Part shown: piece by piece, positions 24,008 to 32,839 of the stretch
How the letters are laid out: every line of letters starts with the position of its first letter
Position numbering within the stretch: position 1 is the stretch's first letter
NCBI GenBank assembly: GCA_029262055.1
Contig: JAJDAD010000002.1
Span: forward strand, 66,791-130,790
Source: Candidatus Zhuqueibacterota bacterium
GTDB taxonomy: Bacteria > Zhuqueibacterota > Zhuqueibacteria > Oceanimicrobiales > Oceanimicrobiaceae
Direction: 5' to 3'
DNA length: 64,000 nucleotides
Translations under genes and position numbers: made by a program
The notes under the pieces: generated by a model
The model's database searches: none
What the model was told of the DNA's origin: nothing
What the model saw: only the letters and a program-made list of their open reading frames with translations

Positions 24008-27000
24008 TCAAAACAGCGAGATTTGTGTCTTGTCCGGGTCTTTCTTTTTCTTGATGGCTTTCGCCTGTTCTGCTTTTGTGAGGCTGCGTTCGATGTTGTT
24101 TAGGAATTTCGATCTTGGGGGAGTGAGCGTTTTCCCGAACCGCAGCCGCTTGTTTGCGTGTGTCAGGACAAGCTGCTCCCGGGCGCGGGTCATGCCGACG
24201 TAAAGTAACCTCCGCTCCTCATCTTCGTCAGAGGTAGCTTTCTCACTTTCAAACGGCAGGATACCCTGTTCGCAGCCCACAATAAAGACAACGCCAAACT
24301 CCATTCCTTTGGCCGCGTGCAGAGTCATCAGGGAAACCCGGTCCGCCCTGGGATCGTAATCATCCGTTTCTGAGGTAATGGCGCAGGCGCGCAGAAATCC
24401 TGCCAGGTCTGCACCGAACGGCTTCGCGGCTAAAATAAACCGGCTGAGCGTGCGCGCGGGTTTATCAGCGGCGAAATAGTCGTCCGGATAAAATCCGGCG
24501 ATTGTCCTCACAATGATTTCCGATACCGACAGCGGGACGGTGTTCGTTCTCAAGGCCTTAAGCCGGGTCGAAAACGTCGCGATCGCCGCACGTTGACGCG
24601 TATTCAGGCCTGGGATTTTGGCGACGGTTTGCATGGCCTCCCAGATTCCGGTTGCTTCATGGTGCGCGAAATTCAGCAGTTTTTGCAAAGCCATAGGGCC
24701 GATCCCCAGCCGCGTCTCGGCCAGACGTTGTGCAAGAAGTGTATCGTTGACTTCGCCCACGAGTAACCAAAGCTGCTGTAGCAGTCCTTTGAAGGGTTGG
24801 TTCTGGTAACTCGATTGCCGCCCGATTACCTGATAAGGTATGCCCGAGCGGTCAAATGCTTCCTCCAGCAGCGTGCTTTGAGAATTCAAACGGTAGAGGA
24901 CCGCAAAGTCACGAAATGTGGCCGACGGCAGTGTTTGTCCGCTAACCCGCTCCGAGTCGATGGAAAAATAACTGGTTCCTCCAACCATTTTTTCGATTTG
25001 GTGAACCACATATTCGGCTTCGGCTTTGCCGGTCGGCGCGCTATAGATACTGATTTTTTTTTCGGTGACTATTTGCGACCAGTTGGAATATTCATCGTCT
25101 CGCGCCGTCCGGTTCAGAACCTGGGCGGAGGCCGCCACAATGTTGTGGGCTGAGCGGTAGTTGCGTCCCAACCTGATCATACGTGTGCCCGGAAAGTCCC
25201 TGGCAAAATCCAGAAAATATTGCGGCGTCGCACCCCTGAATCCGTAAATCGCCTGGTCAGGATCGCCGATGGCGCAGAGGTTGGTGTGGTCTCCGCAGAG
25301 AAGTTTCAGGAATCGATATTGTGCGAAATTGACATCCTGGTATTCGTCTACCGATATCCACTTGAAACGTTGCCGGCAAGCCGTCCGAACGCCGGCATGC
25401 TCTTGCAGCAAGCACACGGTCCTGCTAATGAGGTCTTCGAAATCAAGTGCCTGACGCGCACGTAACTCATCTTCATAGCCTTGAAAGTACCCGGAAAAAT
25501 GAGCGGGGGTAGCGAACGTGTTTGATTTCCTCGCCGTCTCCGGACTCAAAAGTGAGCGCTTTGCGGCAGAGATGGCTGCGCTGAGCTCCTGAAGCTCCAC
25601 TTTCGGGATATCTTTGACCAGCGTCCGTAGCAAGCCTAACTTGTCAGCCTCATCGCAAATGGAAAAGATAGGCGGAACATCGATTAGATGGCCGAACTCG
25701 GCAAGAATCCTGATTCCGAGGCTATGAAATGTACAAATGGTTAGCGCTGCGATTTGCTGAGGCTGCAGGGACCGCGTCAGCCGGGCTTGCATTTCTTCTG
25801 CGGCTTTGTTGGTAAATGTGACGGCCAGTATTTCATCCGGGCGCGCGTGGCCCGCGGCGATCAGGCCGACGATTCTATTAGTCAGGGTCCGGGTTTTGCC
25901 GGTGCCGGGACCTGCCACGATCAGGAGTGGACCTGCGGTATGCTTGACCGCCTGCTCCTGTTCGTGGTTATGCATCTCTCCGCCATCGCCTTGCGCGGTT
26001 AACCGCGGTGAATCGGGCATTACTGTTTTAGCTTTCGGAACAGGACGGACGGGAGCCGGTGTGTCGGTTTCGTCCGACACGGCGGCGCTGGCCTGTTTCT
26101 CCATATCTTCCTGTGCCGCCCGCTTTACATTGTCCATGAAGAAACTCAATTGGGTCGTAAACTCTTCTCTCTCAGCCTTTTCAAAGAGCTGGATTTTACC
26201 GAACTCGCCGTCGTATCCCGCGGCTATTTTGATTTCGCCGGCTCGGATGCGTTTGATGCCTTCGGCTACCATGTCACCGGCAAACCTGCTGATGTCGGCG
26301 ATAGCGGCTTCCTGCAAAATATGCAGCTCGGATCCAAGTTTGGACAAAAGGTAGTCAAAACTCTGCCTGACCCGCTTTGAATTAACGCCTACCCCATGAA
26401 TCTCGGATAAGACCTCGGGCAGCGGCACCAGGCTTTGGTAGGGATGCGGAAGTGACGGTATTTGGCCGGGTTCTCTGTCGGCCAGCGCCTCGACGCGGTG
26501 CATAACCCCGACTGTGACTCGCTTGCCACAGTCAGAACAGATGCCGTCGTGCGCAATTGTGGTGCGCGGGTCCCAGCATACCCGGCACTTCCGGTGGCCA
26601 TCGTAATGGTACTTGCCCTCCTCCGGGAAAAATTCGATGGTCCCCAGAAACTTGTCGCGGTCGCCGCTCTTCAAAGCAGAAAAAATCGCGTCGTACGACA
26701 AGTCCGTGTCAAACAGATTCGCCTCCCTCGCTAGTTTCTGTGGTGAATGTGCGTCGGAATTTGACACCAGCGTGTAGCGGTCGAGGATGGAGAGACGTTC
26801 ATTCATTGGCGGGTCCGACGACAGGCCGGTTTCAAGGGCAAAAATCTGGTCGGTTAAGTCGCCGAAGCATTCTTCCACCGAATCAAATCCGGACATGGAA
26901 CCGAGCATTGCGAACCAGGGCGTCCAGATGTGGGCAGGAATCAGATAGCCCTGCGGGTCAGTTTCCAAAACGATTTCGAGCAAATCGCGCGAATCCAGGC

Positions 27001-27421
27001 CGAGAATTGGCCGGCCATCCGACCGGATGTTGCCGATTTTGTCCAGCGTGGACTGGAATTTCTCTAAAGCATCAAACGACGGCATGAAGACGACATTGTG
27101 AATTTTGCGAACCTTGTCGTGGCGTTTGTAAATGTTGCTGATTTCGCCGGCCAGCATGAAACGCACCATGCCGGCGCACGCTTTCGGGACTTCCGGCTGG
27201 GTGACTTTGCTGTACTCCGGCTTTAAACGGAAAAGCCCATCCTCTGCCGGTTCCAGCTTTTCTTGCATCTCCTGCAGCCAGCCCGGATGCGCGATGTCGC
27301 CGGTCCCGACCACATTGACGCCCTTCAGTTGCGCCCATTTGTGCAGATGTTCCAGATTGAGGCTTTTGCTGGTGGCGCGCGAGTAGTAGGAATGGAGGTG
27401 AATGTCTGCTACGATTTTCAT
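24008..27421 (-). CDS. PHP-family endonuclease Q-like domain fused to UvrD/PcrA SF1 helicase
   Basis: N-terminus 'ADIHLHSYYSRATS', 'PAHIWTPWF', 'ETGLSSDP', 'SNSDAHS', 'GKYHYDGHRKC..C...CSDCGK'. C-terminus 'AGPGTGKT', 'TFTNKAA', 'VDEYQD', 'GDPDQAIYGFRGA', 'TLHAAKGMEF', 'EERRLLYVGMTRA'. Confidence 0.9.
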   Translation of the reverse strand: MKIVADIHLHSYYSRATSKSLNLEHLHKWAQLKGVNVVGTGDIAHPGWLQEMQEKLEPAEDGLFRLKPEYSKVTQPEVPKACAGMVRFMLAGEISNIYKRHDKVRKIHNVVFMPSFDALEKFQSTLDKIGNIRSDGRPILGLDSRDLLEIVLETDPQGYLIPAHIWTPWFAMLGSMSGFDSVEECFGDLTDQIFALETGLSSDPPMNERLSILDRYTLVSNSDAHSPQKLAREANLFDTDLSYDAIFSALKSGDRDKFLGTIEFFPEEGKYHYDGHRKCRVCWDPRTTIAHDGICSDCGKRVTVGVMHRVEALADREPGQIPSLPHPYQSLVPLPEVLSEIHGVGVNSKRVRQSFDYLLSKLGSELHILQEAAIADISRFAGDMVAEGIKRIRAGEIKIAAGYDGEFGKIQLFEKAEREEFTTQLSFFMDNVKRAAQEDMEKQASAAVSDETDTPAPVRPVPKAKTVMPDSPRLTAQGDGGEMHNHEQEQAVKHTAGPLLIVAGPGTGKTRTLTNRIVGLIAAGHARPDEILAVTFTNKAAEEMQARLTRSLQPQQIAALTICTFHSLGIRILAEFGHLIDVPPIFSICDEADKLGLLRTLVKDIPKVELQELSAAISAAKRSLLSPETARKSNTFATPAHFSGYFQGYEDELRARQALDFEDLISRTVCLLQEHAGVRTACRQRFKWISVDEYQDVNFAQYRFLKLLCGDHTNLCAIGDPDQAIYGFRGATPQYFLDFARDFPGTRMIRLGRNYRSAHNIVAASAQVLNRTARDDEYSNWSQIVTEKKISIYSAPTGKAEAEYVVHQIEKMVGGTSYFSIDSERVSGQTLPSATFRDFAVLYRLNSQSTLLEEAFDRSGIPYQVIGRQSSYQNQPFKGLLQQLWLLVGEVNDTLLAQRLAETRLGIGPMALQKLLNFAHHEATGIWEAMQTVAKIPGLNTRQRAAIATFSTRLKALRTNTVPLSVSEIIVRTIAGFYPDDYFAADKPARTLSRFILAAKPFGADLAGFLRACAITSETDDYDPRADRVSLMTLHAAKGMEFGVVFIVGCEQGILPFESEKATSDEDEERRLLYVGMTRAREQLVLTHANKRLRFGKTLTPPRSKFLNNIERSLTKAEQAKAIKKKKDPDKTQISLF

Positions 27422-27513
27422 TTAATTGAATGTCCTGATCAAAACGGAAGGCGGTCATTTATATCGAAAACTGAGAATTCGAGACTCCATTTTCAAGATA
27501 AAAGAAATAGTGA

Positions 27514-27726
27514 CTAACATTTGGCATTTGCATATTTACGTTCTAAACAATTGTTTAGATGTAATTCTGAGCACGCAGCCCAAATTCTGTGTTTCTACCA
27601 GGGAGCAAAGGCGTGTGAAGAATCTCCCCAGACATTCGAAGATTCTTCGCACTCAATGTCTTTCGCGACCTCAAAATCCATCACTTCGCGCTCAGAATGA
27701 CCTTGAATCGAAGTGAGAAATGTAAG
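27514..27726. repeat. Palindromic REP/MITE-like repeat family R1, full copy
   Basis: 'ctaacattt...attctgagcacgcag...gaagaatct...agattcttcgc...ttcgcgctcagaatgaccttgaatcgaagtgagaaatgtaag', with nested inverted repeats. Confidence 0.8.
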
Positions 27727-27773
27727 TAATGCCCTTCAAGGGAGAAAGCATGCAGGGACGTTTCGGGTTTATT

Positions 27774-28256
27774 TCAGGACTTGTGACCCAATCCTTGAGC
27801 TAGCCTGGCTCTATTGACCAGGGATTTTCCAACCTGTTCCTCAAGCTTTACCAGGCGTGCACCGGATCTGAACAAGCCGCGCCTTATTTTGACTTCAACA
27901 AAATAGTTCTCTCCCGCCGAAGCTGTCACGGTCATCGAATCCTGATTGTGTCCGGAGAGCACAGAAACCGAGTGCGCCCCCGGTTCAACCGTCAGAAAAA
28001 GATAAGCCCCGGGCGCAGCGCCGCCGACGGGCTCCTCGTCTACGAAGACCTGAAACAGAACCCCCTTACTGAAAAGGCCACCGCCTCTGGCTATGTAAAG
28101 ATTCGCCTTCGCGGCCGGTGGGTTGAACAGTTTGGCCTCGGCATCCAGATTCCTGGAAGAAAAAGGCACTGAGGCGGAACAACCAATTAGAATGGAAAGA
28201 GACAGCCAAAAGAAAGACCTGGGAGCAATCATTATTGCCTCCATGGCTAGTACCAA
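27774..28256 (-). CDS. DUF2846-like lipoprotein
   Basis: Lipobox-like 'ILIGCSAS', 'AKLFNPPAAKANLYIAR', 'VEPGAHSV', 'GENYFV'. Confidence 0.7.
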   Translation of the reverse strand: MVLAMEAIMIAPRSFFWLSLSILIGCSASVPFSSRNLDAEAKLFNPPAAKANLYIARGGGLFSKGVLFQVFVDEEPVGGAAPGAYLFLTVEPGAHSVSVLSGHNQDSMTVTASAGENYFVEVKIRRGLFRSGARLVKLEEQVGKSLVNRARLAQGLGHKS

Positions 28257-29062
28257 ACCCGCAGTCCAATGCGGAAGCCATCCAGCAGATCCTGTGATTT
28301 GTTTTTCAAAATACGGATTCCGCCAAGCACTTCAAATCGGTCAATCGCGACGCCGGCGCTGGATTCGACTGTGTACAGCGCCCCGTTGCTGACATAAGCG
28401 GCCGCGATTTCGGTTTCCAGGATTAAGGGACGTTTTGGGAAGAGCTGTAAGTCCAAAGCGATCTCAGGGCCACCGTGCGCGGCATTGCGCTGAAAACCGC
28501 GAAAACCGGCCTCCAGGTTAAGGATTATCTGAGGTGATCGGTAAAGGGCATGGCCGTAACGCACGCCAAAGAATGTCAGGTGGTCCTTGCGCGTTCCCCC
28601 GAATTCCCGGTCAACCAGATCCTCCTCATAGACAGCCACATCGAATGACAACTTACTGCTGTGCGCGAATTGCGTTTCCCACTTAAACAGGTAGCTGCGC
28701 AGGTTTTCGTTCAAATAGTGAACGTCAAATTCCGTGTTAAAATAGTAGCTGCGAAAATCTGCTTCCGAATGCATAAAGCCGTCCAGGCTTTGGTACGGAA
28801 ATGAAGGATACGGGCCAACGGCGGTGCCGGGTGTGCCACCCCATAATTGCGCAACATCAACAATATTGTCTAGTAGAAGATAAAGGAAAAAGTCGGTGCC
28901 GCTGTCGCCACTTTCATCGTCGTCTGATTCCTCCTCGCCGTAGTCGTCGGCGAAGTCCTCGAGATCTCCCTTGCCCTTCTCCTGAGAATATACCGGCGCT
29001 AGTCCTGCCAGCATCAGGCTACAGCAGAGCAGGAATCCGAAAAACAATCTAGCATTTTTCAT
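28247..29062 (-). CDS. Hypothetical exported protein, probable outer-membrane beta-barrel
   Basis: Signal peptide, acidic linker and terminal aromatic beta-signal 'GFRIGLRVWY'. Confidence 0.6.
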   Translation of the reverse strand: MKNARLFFGFLLCCSLMLAGLAPVYSQEKGKGDLEDFADDYGEEESDDDESGDSGTDFFLYLLLDNIVDVAQLWGGTPGTAVGPYPSFPYQSLDGFMHSEADFRSYYFNTEFDVHYLNENLRSYLFKWETQFAHSSKLSFDVAVYEEDLVDREFGGTRKDHLTFFGVRYGHALYRSPQIILNLEAGFRGFQRNAAHGGPEIALDLQLFPKRPLILETEIAAAYVSNGALYTVESSAGVAIDRFEVLGGIRILKNKSQDLLDGFRIGLRVWY

Positions 29063-29570
29063 GGTACATGTTTCCGATTATTGTGTGTGAACTTGAGCCC
29101 CCTAACGTATCCCTTCGATAGCAAAGGTTGTACCACCATGCCCGGAAAAAGTATCATCATCCTACCCGAGAGTTGCCCGCGCGAAAGGGGACTCGCTGCC
29201 ATTCCCGTCCGGCACAGGACCGCTTCCGTTTTGCAACGGCGCCCGGCATCCGGCGCATGACATCCACGCCGGCGCACATGACCCTGGGCAGGGTTGAGAA
29301 TAGCAGAAAATGTCCGGATTCCTGGCTCCGTGACAAATGTTTGTCCACGCCCGGTAATCGTGTCGGGGTGGCCTAGCACGGGATTCGCAACCTCCCGCAA
29401 TCTGTCAAAACGTCAGCGGAATGACGGTTATGATCGAATTTTTAGTCGAGGATCGGCTCACCGGGTCCGGCTGGCCGCTGGCTCTCTGAAAACAAGATTA
29501 CCGGAGCTGTCAATCAGGTAAGCAGCGGGAATGCTGAGAACGAGAACCTGAAATCTTTTTTTTGGGGCTT

Positions 29571-30650
29571 CTACTCTTTCTTAGATGAGTCTGTCAGAAG
29601 ATCGGATTCGACAGCTTTGTTCAATTTGAGCAGGTTCTCCTTTATTTCAGAGAAACTCTCCATCGGTCCGTCCATCTCGCCGGAGAAATCACAGACTTCG
29701 AGAAGTGCCATCGCTTCGTCGCAGAGTCGTTGTGTCTGGAACAGATTCTTGCTTTCATAGTGGTTGCGTGCCTGCTGGTACAGCGCTTCCACCTTGTAGC
29801 TGGTACACTGGTAAGGCGCGGCAACCAGGAGCCGTTGCAGCTTTTCGAAGGACTGGTTTGACTTTTCCCATTCGCCAAACTGCTGTAACAGGCGGCCTTG
29901 CTTGTAGTGTGTTGTGGGATTGTTGGGGAACATCTCGGTCAGGGTGTTGGCCAGCTCAAGCGCCTGCTCGTACTGTTTTTCGTTCTGGTAAACGGCCATC
30001 AGACCATACATTGCATTTATCTTCAAAAACCGGCCTTTCTCGGCGGTCAGTTTCATTTGTTCGATTCCGGCTTTCCTTTTGCCGGCTGAGAACGGCAGGT
30101 AGCGCATGGCGCCTTTGGCCCCGAGCCAGTATTTTTGCAGTCCCAAGCCATAATAAGCATCATAGAATTCGGGGTTGTATACAATAGCCTTCTTGAAATA
30201 CCTGGGCGCCTGTGAGCCGTCTCTGAAGGCCGACATCCAATGCCCGGCCCGCGCAGACCTCATGGTACGAAAGCCCAGAGCGCAGCCCATGTAAAAGTAA
30301 TTGGTCCCGTCCTTCTTATTTTTCTTTTGCGCCTTTTTTGAAAGCTCCATCGACAGGTCGATGAGGCTGTCGATAGTGGCGTCGAAGCGGCGGACCCGGT
30401 AGTTCCATTTCATGGATTGGTAAGTGCTGAGGAGCCCGAATGCCCCAGCCGGATTTTCCGGAAATTCTTCCCGGATCTGTTTGCCCAGGGCAATGGCCTC
30501 ATCAAAACGTTCATGTAAATACAGGTCCACTGTTTTTTCATAAAGGCTGGACAAGTTTTGGTCCTGGCCGTAGGATTCGTGCGTCAAACTCGAGACGATA
30601 GTGATGGCAAAGAAGCAAATAGTCTTAGCGTTGGCACGAATTCCGGCCAT
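29571..30650 (-). CDS. Exported tetratricopeptide-repeat protein
   Basis: Signal peptide and TPR-like helices 'NPEFYDAYYGLG', 'FPNNPTTHYKQG'. Confidence 0.7.
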   Translation of the reverse strand: MAGIRANAKTICFFAITIVSSLTHESYGQDQNLSSLYEKTVDLYLHERFDEAIALGKQIREEFPENPAGAFGLLSTYQSMKWNYRVRRFDATIDSLIDLSMELSKKAQKKNKKDGTNYFYMGCALGFRTMRSARAGHWMSAFRDGSQAPRYFKKAIVYNPEFYDAYYGLGLQKYWLGAKGAMRYLPFSAGKRKAGIEQMKLTAEKGRFLKINAMYGLMAVYQNEKQYEQALELANTLTEMFPNNPTTHYKQGRLLQQFGEWEKSNQSFEKLQRLLVAAPYQCTSYKVEALYQQARNHYESKNLFQTQRLCDEAMALLEVCDFSGEMDGPMESFSEIKENLLKLNKAVESDLLTDSSKKE

Positions 30651-30961
30651 ATTCCCTCCTGAGAGAATTGTGAGGACAGATTTGATAGGCGAAGGTAGGT
30701 TTCTTGATTACCCCTGCCATGAATTTACCCAAATGATACTATTTTAGCAAGAAATACTTGTATTAAACACAAAATGTTAGGCCTCCTTCTCCACACCCGG
30801 ATTTTTGGTCTTTATCCCGCAAACAGCCTCAGACAAACCGGACAATGGCAGGGAATAGCGCCACCAGAGTCACCCCTTTCAGGCAGCTGTGCGAACCCCA
30901 ATCCTCGTATTTCCCTTGACATCCGCAGCTTGAATACGGAACTTGCCCGTATGTTTTTTAG

Positions 30962-32830
30962 GTGAATCCCACAGTGTCATTAATTTATCGGTACTTACCG
31001 GCAATTAGTTTTGCAGAACTCGACGCGGCGCCCGAATTTGTTCTCCTTGAGACAAATCGCTTCAGTCAGGCCGAGAAGTGCAGTTACTTATTCACGCGGC
31101 CACTGAAGGTCTTGCGGACCCGCGATTACGGCGCAATCGAGCGGCTCTTCAGCGAAGTCGAGGAACTTGCGCAACAGTATTACCTGGCCGGATGGTTTTC
31201 CTACGAACTCGGTTGTGGAATGGACGGCACGCGCCATGAAATGCACACGGGTTCAATGCCGCTCCTCTGGCTGGGGGTCTTTGAAAATGCCGTGATTTTT
31301 GACCACGCAAGCGGAATCTTTTCCGGGGATAGCAGCGGCTTGTTCAGCGACAAAGAGGAGGACCGGTCTTTCTCTGTCACCCAGACAGGGCTGGCCATCG
31401 GGCAAGCTGAGTATCTGGCCGCAGTAGCCCGCATCAAGTCGTGCATCGAAGCCGGCGACACGTACCAAACCAACTTTACCACAAAACATCGCTTCCGTTT
31501 TACGGGCTGCCCGTACGGACTTTACCAGGCGCTGAAACAGCGACAACACGTCGCTTACAATTCATTTATGAAATTCGACGGTAGCTACGTCATCTCAATC
31601 TCGCCCGAGCTGTTCTTTCGACGGACCGGGGATGTGATGCAGACCCGGCCGATGAAGGGGACGCTGGCCCGGGGCCGCACGCTGGATGAAGATCGAGTGC
31701 AAAGCCGCTTCCTGAAGGATGACCCCAAGAATCGCAGCGAAAACGTGATGATAGTCGACTTGCTGCGCAATGACCTGGGCCGGGTCTCGCAGGTGGGCAG
31801 CGTCGAAGTGCCGAAGTTGTTCGAGGTAGAGAAGTATGATTCGATTTTCCAGATGACTTCAACGGTACAGAGTAAGTTGCGAGCCGGGACCACGTATCAT
31901 GACCTGTTCAAAGCGCTGTTTCCGTGCGGTTCGGTGACCGGCGCCCCCAAGATTCGCACAATGAAAATAATCAGGCAACTGGAACAGAGGGAGCGCGGTA
32001 TCTACACCGGTGCCATCGGTTTCATGGCGCCATCGGGCAACGCGGTTTTCAACGTTCCCATTCGTACGATTACCCTGCGGAACGGCGCAGGGGAAATGGG
32101 AGTCGGGAGCGGCATCGTCTACGATTCCGACGCAGAAGCTGAGTTTGATGAGTGTATTCTCAAAACTCGATTTTTGATTGAAGATTGGCCGGACTTTGCG
32201 TTAATTGAGACCATGCTCTGGGATGGGGAGTATGGGCGGCTGCCGCGCCATCTGGACAGACTTGCCGCCTCAGCGAGCTATTTTGATTTTAGCTTTGACA
32301 GAGCCAGGGTCAGCGCAAAGCTCAAAAATACCGCAGCGCACTTTGGGGCTGGCGAGCAACAGAGAGTCAGGCTTTTGCTGCAAAGAAATGGCGACTTGAG
32401 CGTCACGAACACACCGGTCCGGGAACAAATCACGCACTCCCCGAAAGTCACTTTGTCTGCCGCGCAGACATCGAGTCGCGATCGTTTCTTTTTTCACAAG
32501 ACCACCAATCGCGCGCTTTACGATCGGGAGTTCCGGTATTTTTCCGAGCGCGGGTACTACGACGTCCTGTTCACCAACGAGCGCGGCGAAGTCACCGAGG
32601 GCGCCATTTCCAATATTTTCATCCAAAAAGACGGGAAACTGCTCACGCCGCCCATCGCTTGTGGATTGTTGAACGGCGTCTACCGGCAGGAGTTGTTAGG
32701 GACGGATAAGGACGTGCAGGAGGGAGTGCTCTTGCCGCAAGATTTGGATAAAGCGGAAGCGATCTATTTGACGAACTCGGTGCGTGGAATGGTGCGCGTT
32801 CGGCTCGAACCTGCAAAGAATTCAGAATAA
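30962..32830 (+). CDS. pabB: Aminodeoxychorismate synthase component I fused to class IV aminotransferase/ADC lyase (PabB-PabC)
   Basis: 'GDTYQTNFT', 'ISPELFF', 'PMKGT', 'SENVMIVDLLRNDLGRV', 'FPCGSVTGAPK'. C-terminal 'HKTTNR', 'NERGEVTEGAISNIF', 'GLLNGVYR', 'NSVRG'. Confidence 0.9.
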   Translation: MNPTVSLIYRYLPAISFAELDAAPEFVLLETNRFSQAEKCSYLFTRPLKVLRTRDYGAIERLFSEVEELAQQYYLAGWFSYELGCGMDGTRHEMHTGSMPLLWLGVFENAVIFDHASGIFSGDSSGLFSDKEEDRSFSVTQTGLAIGQAEYLAAVARIKSCIEAGDTYQTNFTTKHRFRFTGCPYGLYQALKQRQHVAYNSFMKFDGSYVISISPELFFRRTGDVMQTRPMKGTLARGRTLDEDRVQSRFLKDDPKNRSENVMIVDLLRNDLGRVSQVGSVEVPKLFEVEKYDSIFQMTSTVQSKLRAGTTYHDLFKALFPCGSVTGAPKIRTMKIIRQLEQRERGIYTGAIGFMAPSGNAVFNVPIRTITLRNGAGEMGVGSGIVYDSDAEAEFDECILKTRFLIEDWPDFALIETMLWDGEYGRLPRHLDRLAASASYFDFSFDRARVSAKLKNTAAHFGAGEQQRVRLLLQRNGDLSVTNTPVREQITHSPKVTLSAAQTSSRDRFFFHKTTNRALYDREFRYFSERGYYDVLFTNERGEVTEGAISNIFIQKDGKLLTPPIACGLLNGVYRQELLGTDKDVQEGVLLPQDLDKAEAIYLTNSVRGMVRVRLEPAKNSE

Positions 32831-32839
32831 GTTAATCGC

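Noticed and set aside
29100..29420. Structured leader or riboswitch upstream of the OMP-like gene
   Set aside because: GC-rich local hairpins are present but match no family I can recognise; an Rfam scan would be needed.
30962..32830. PabB-PabC fusion as a novelty
   Set aside because: This is a well-known fusion in many bacteria.
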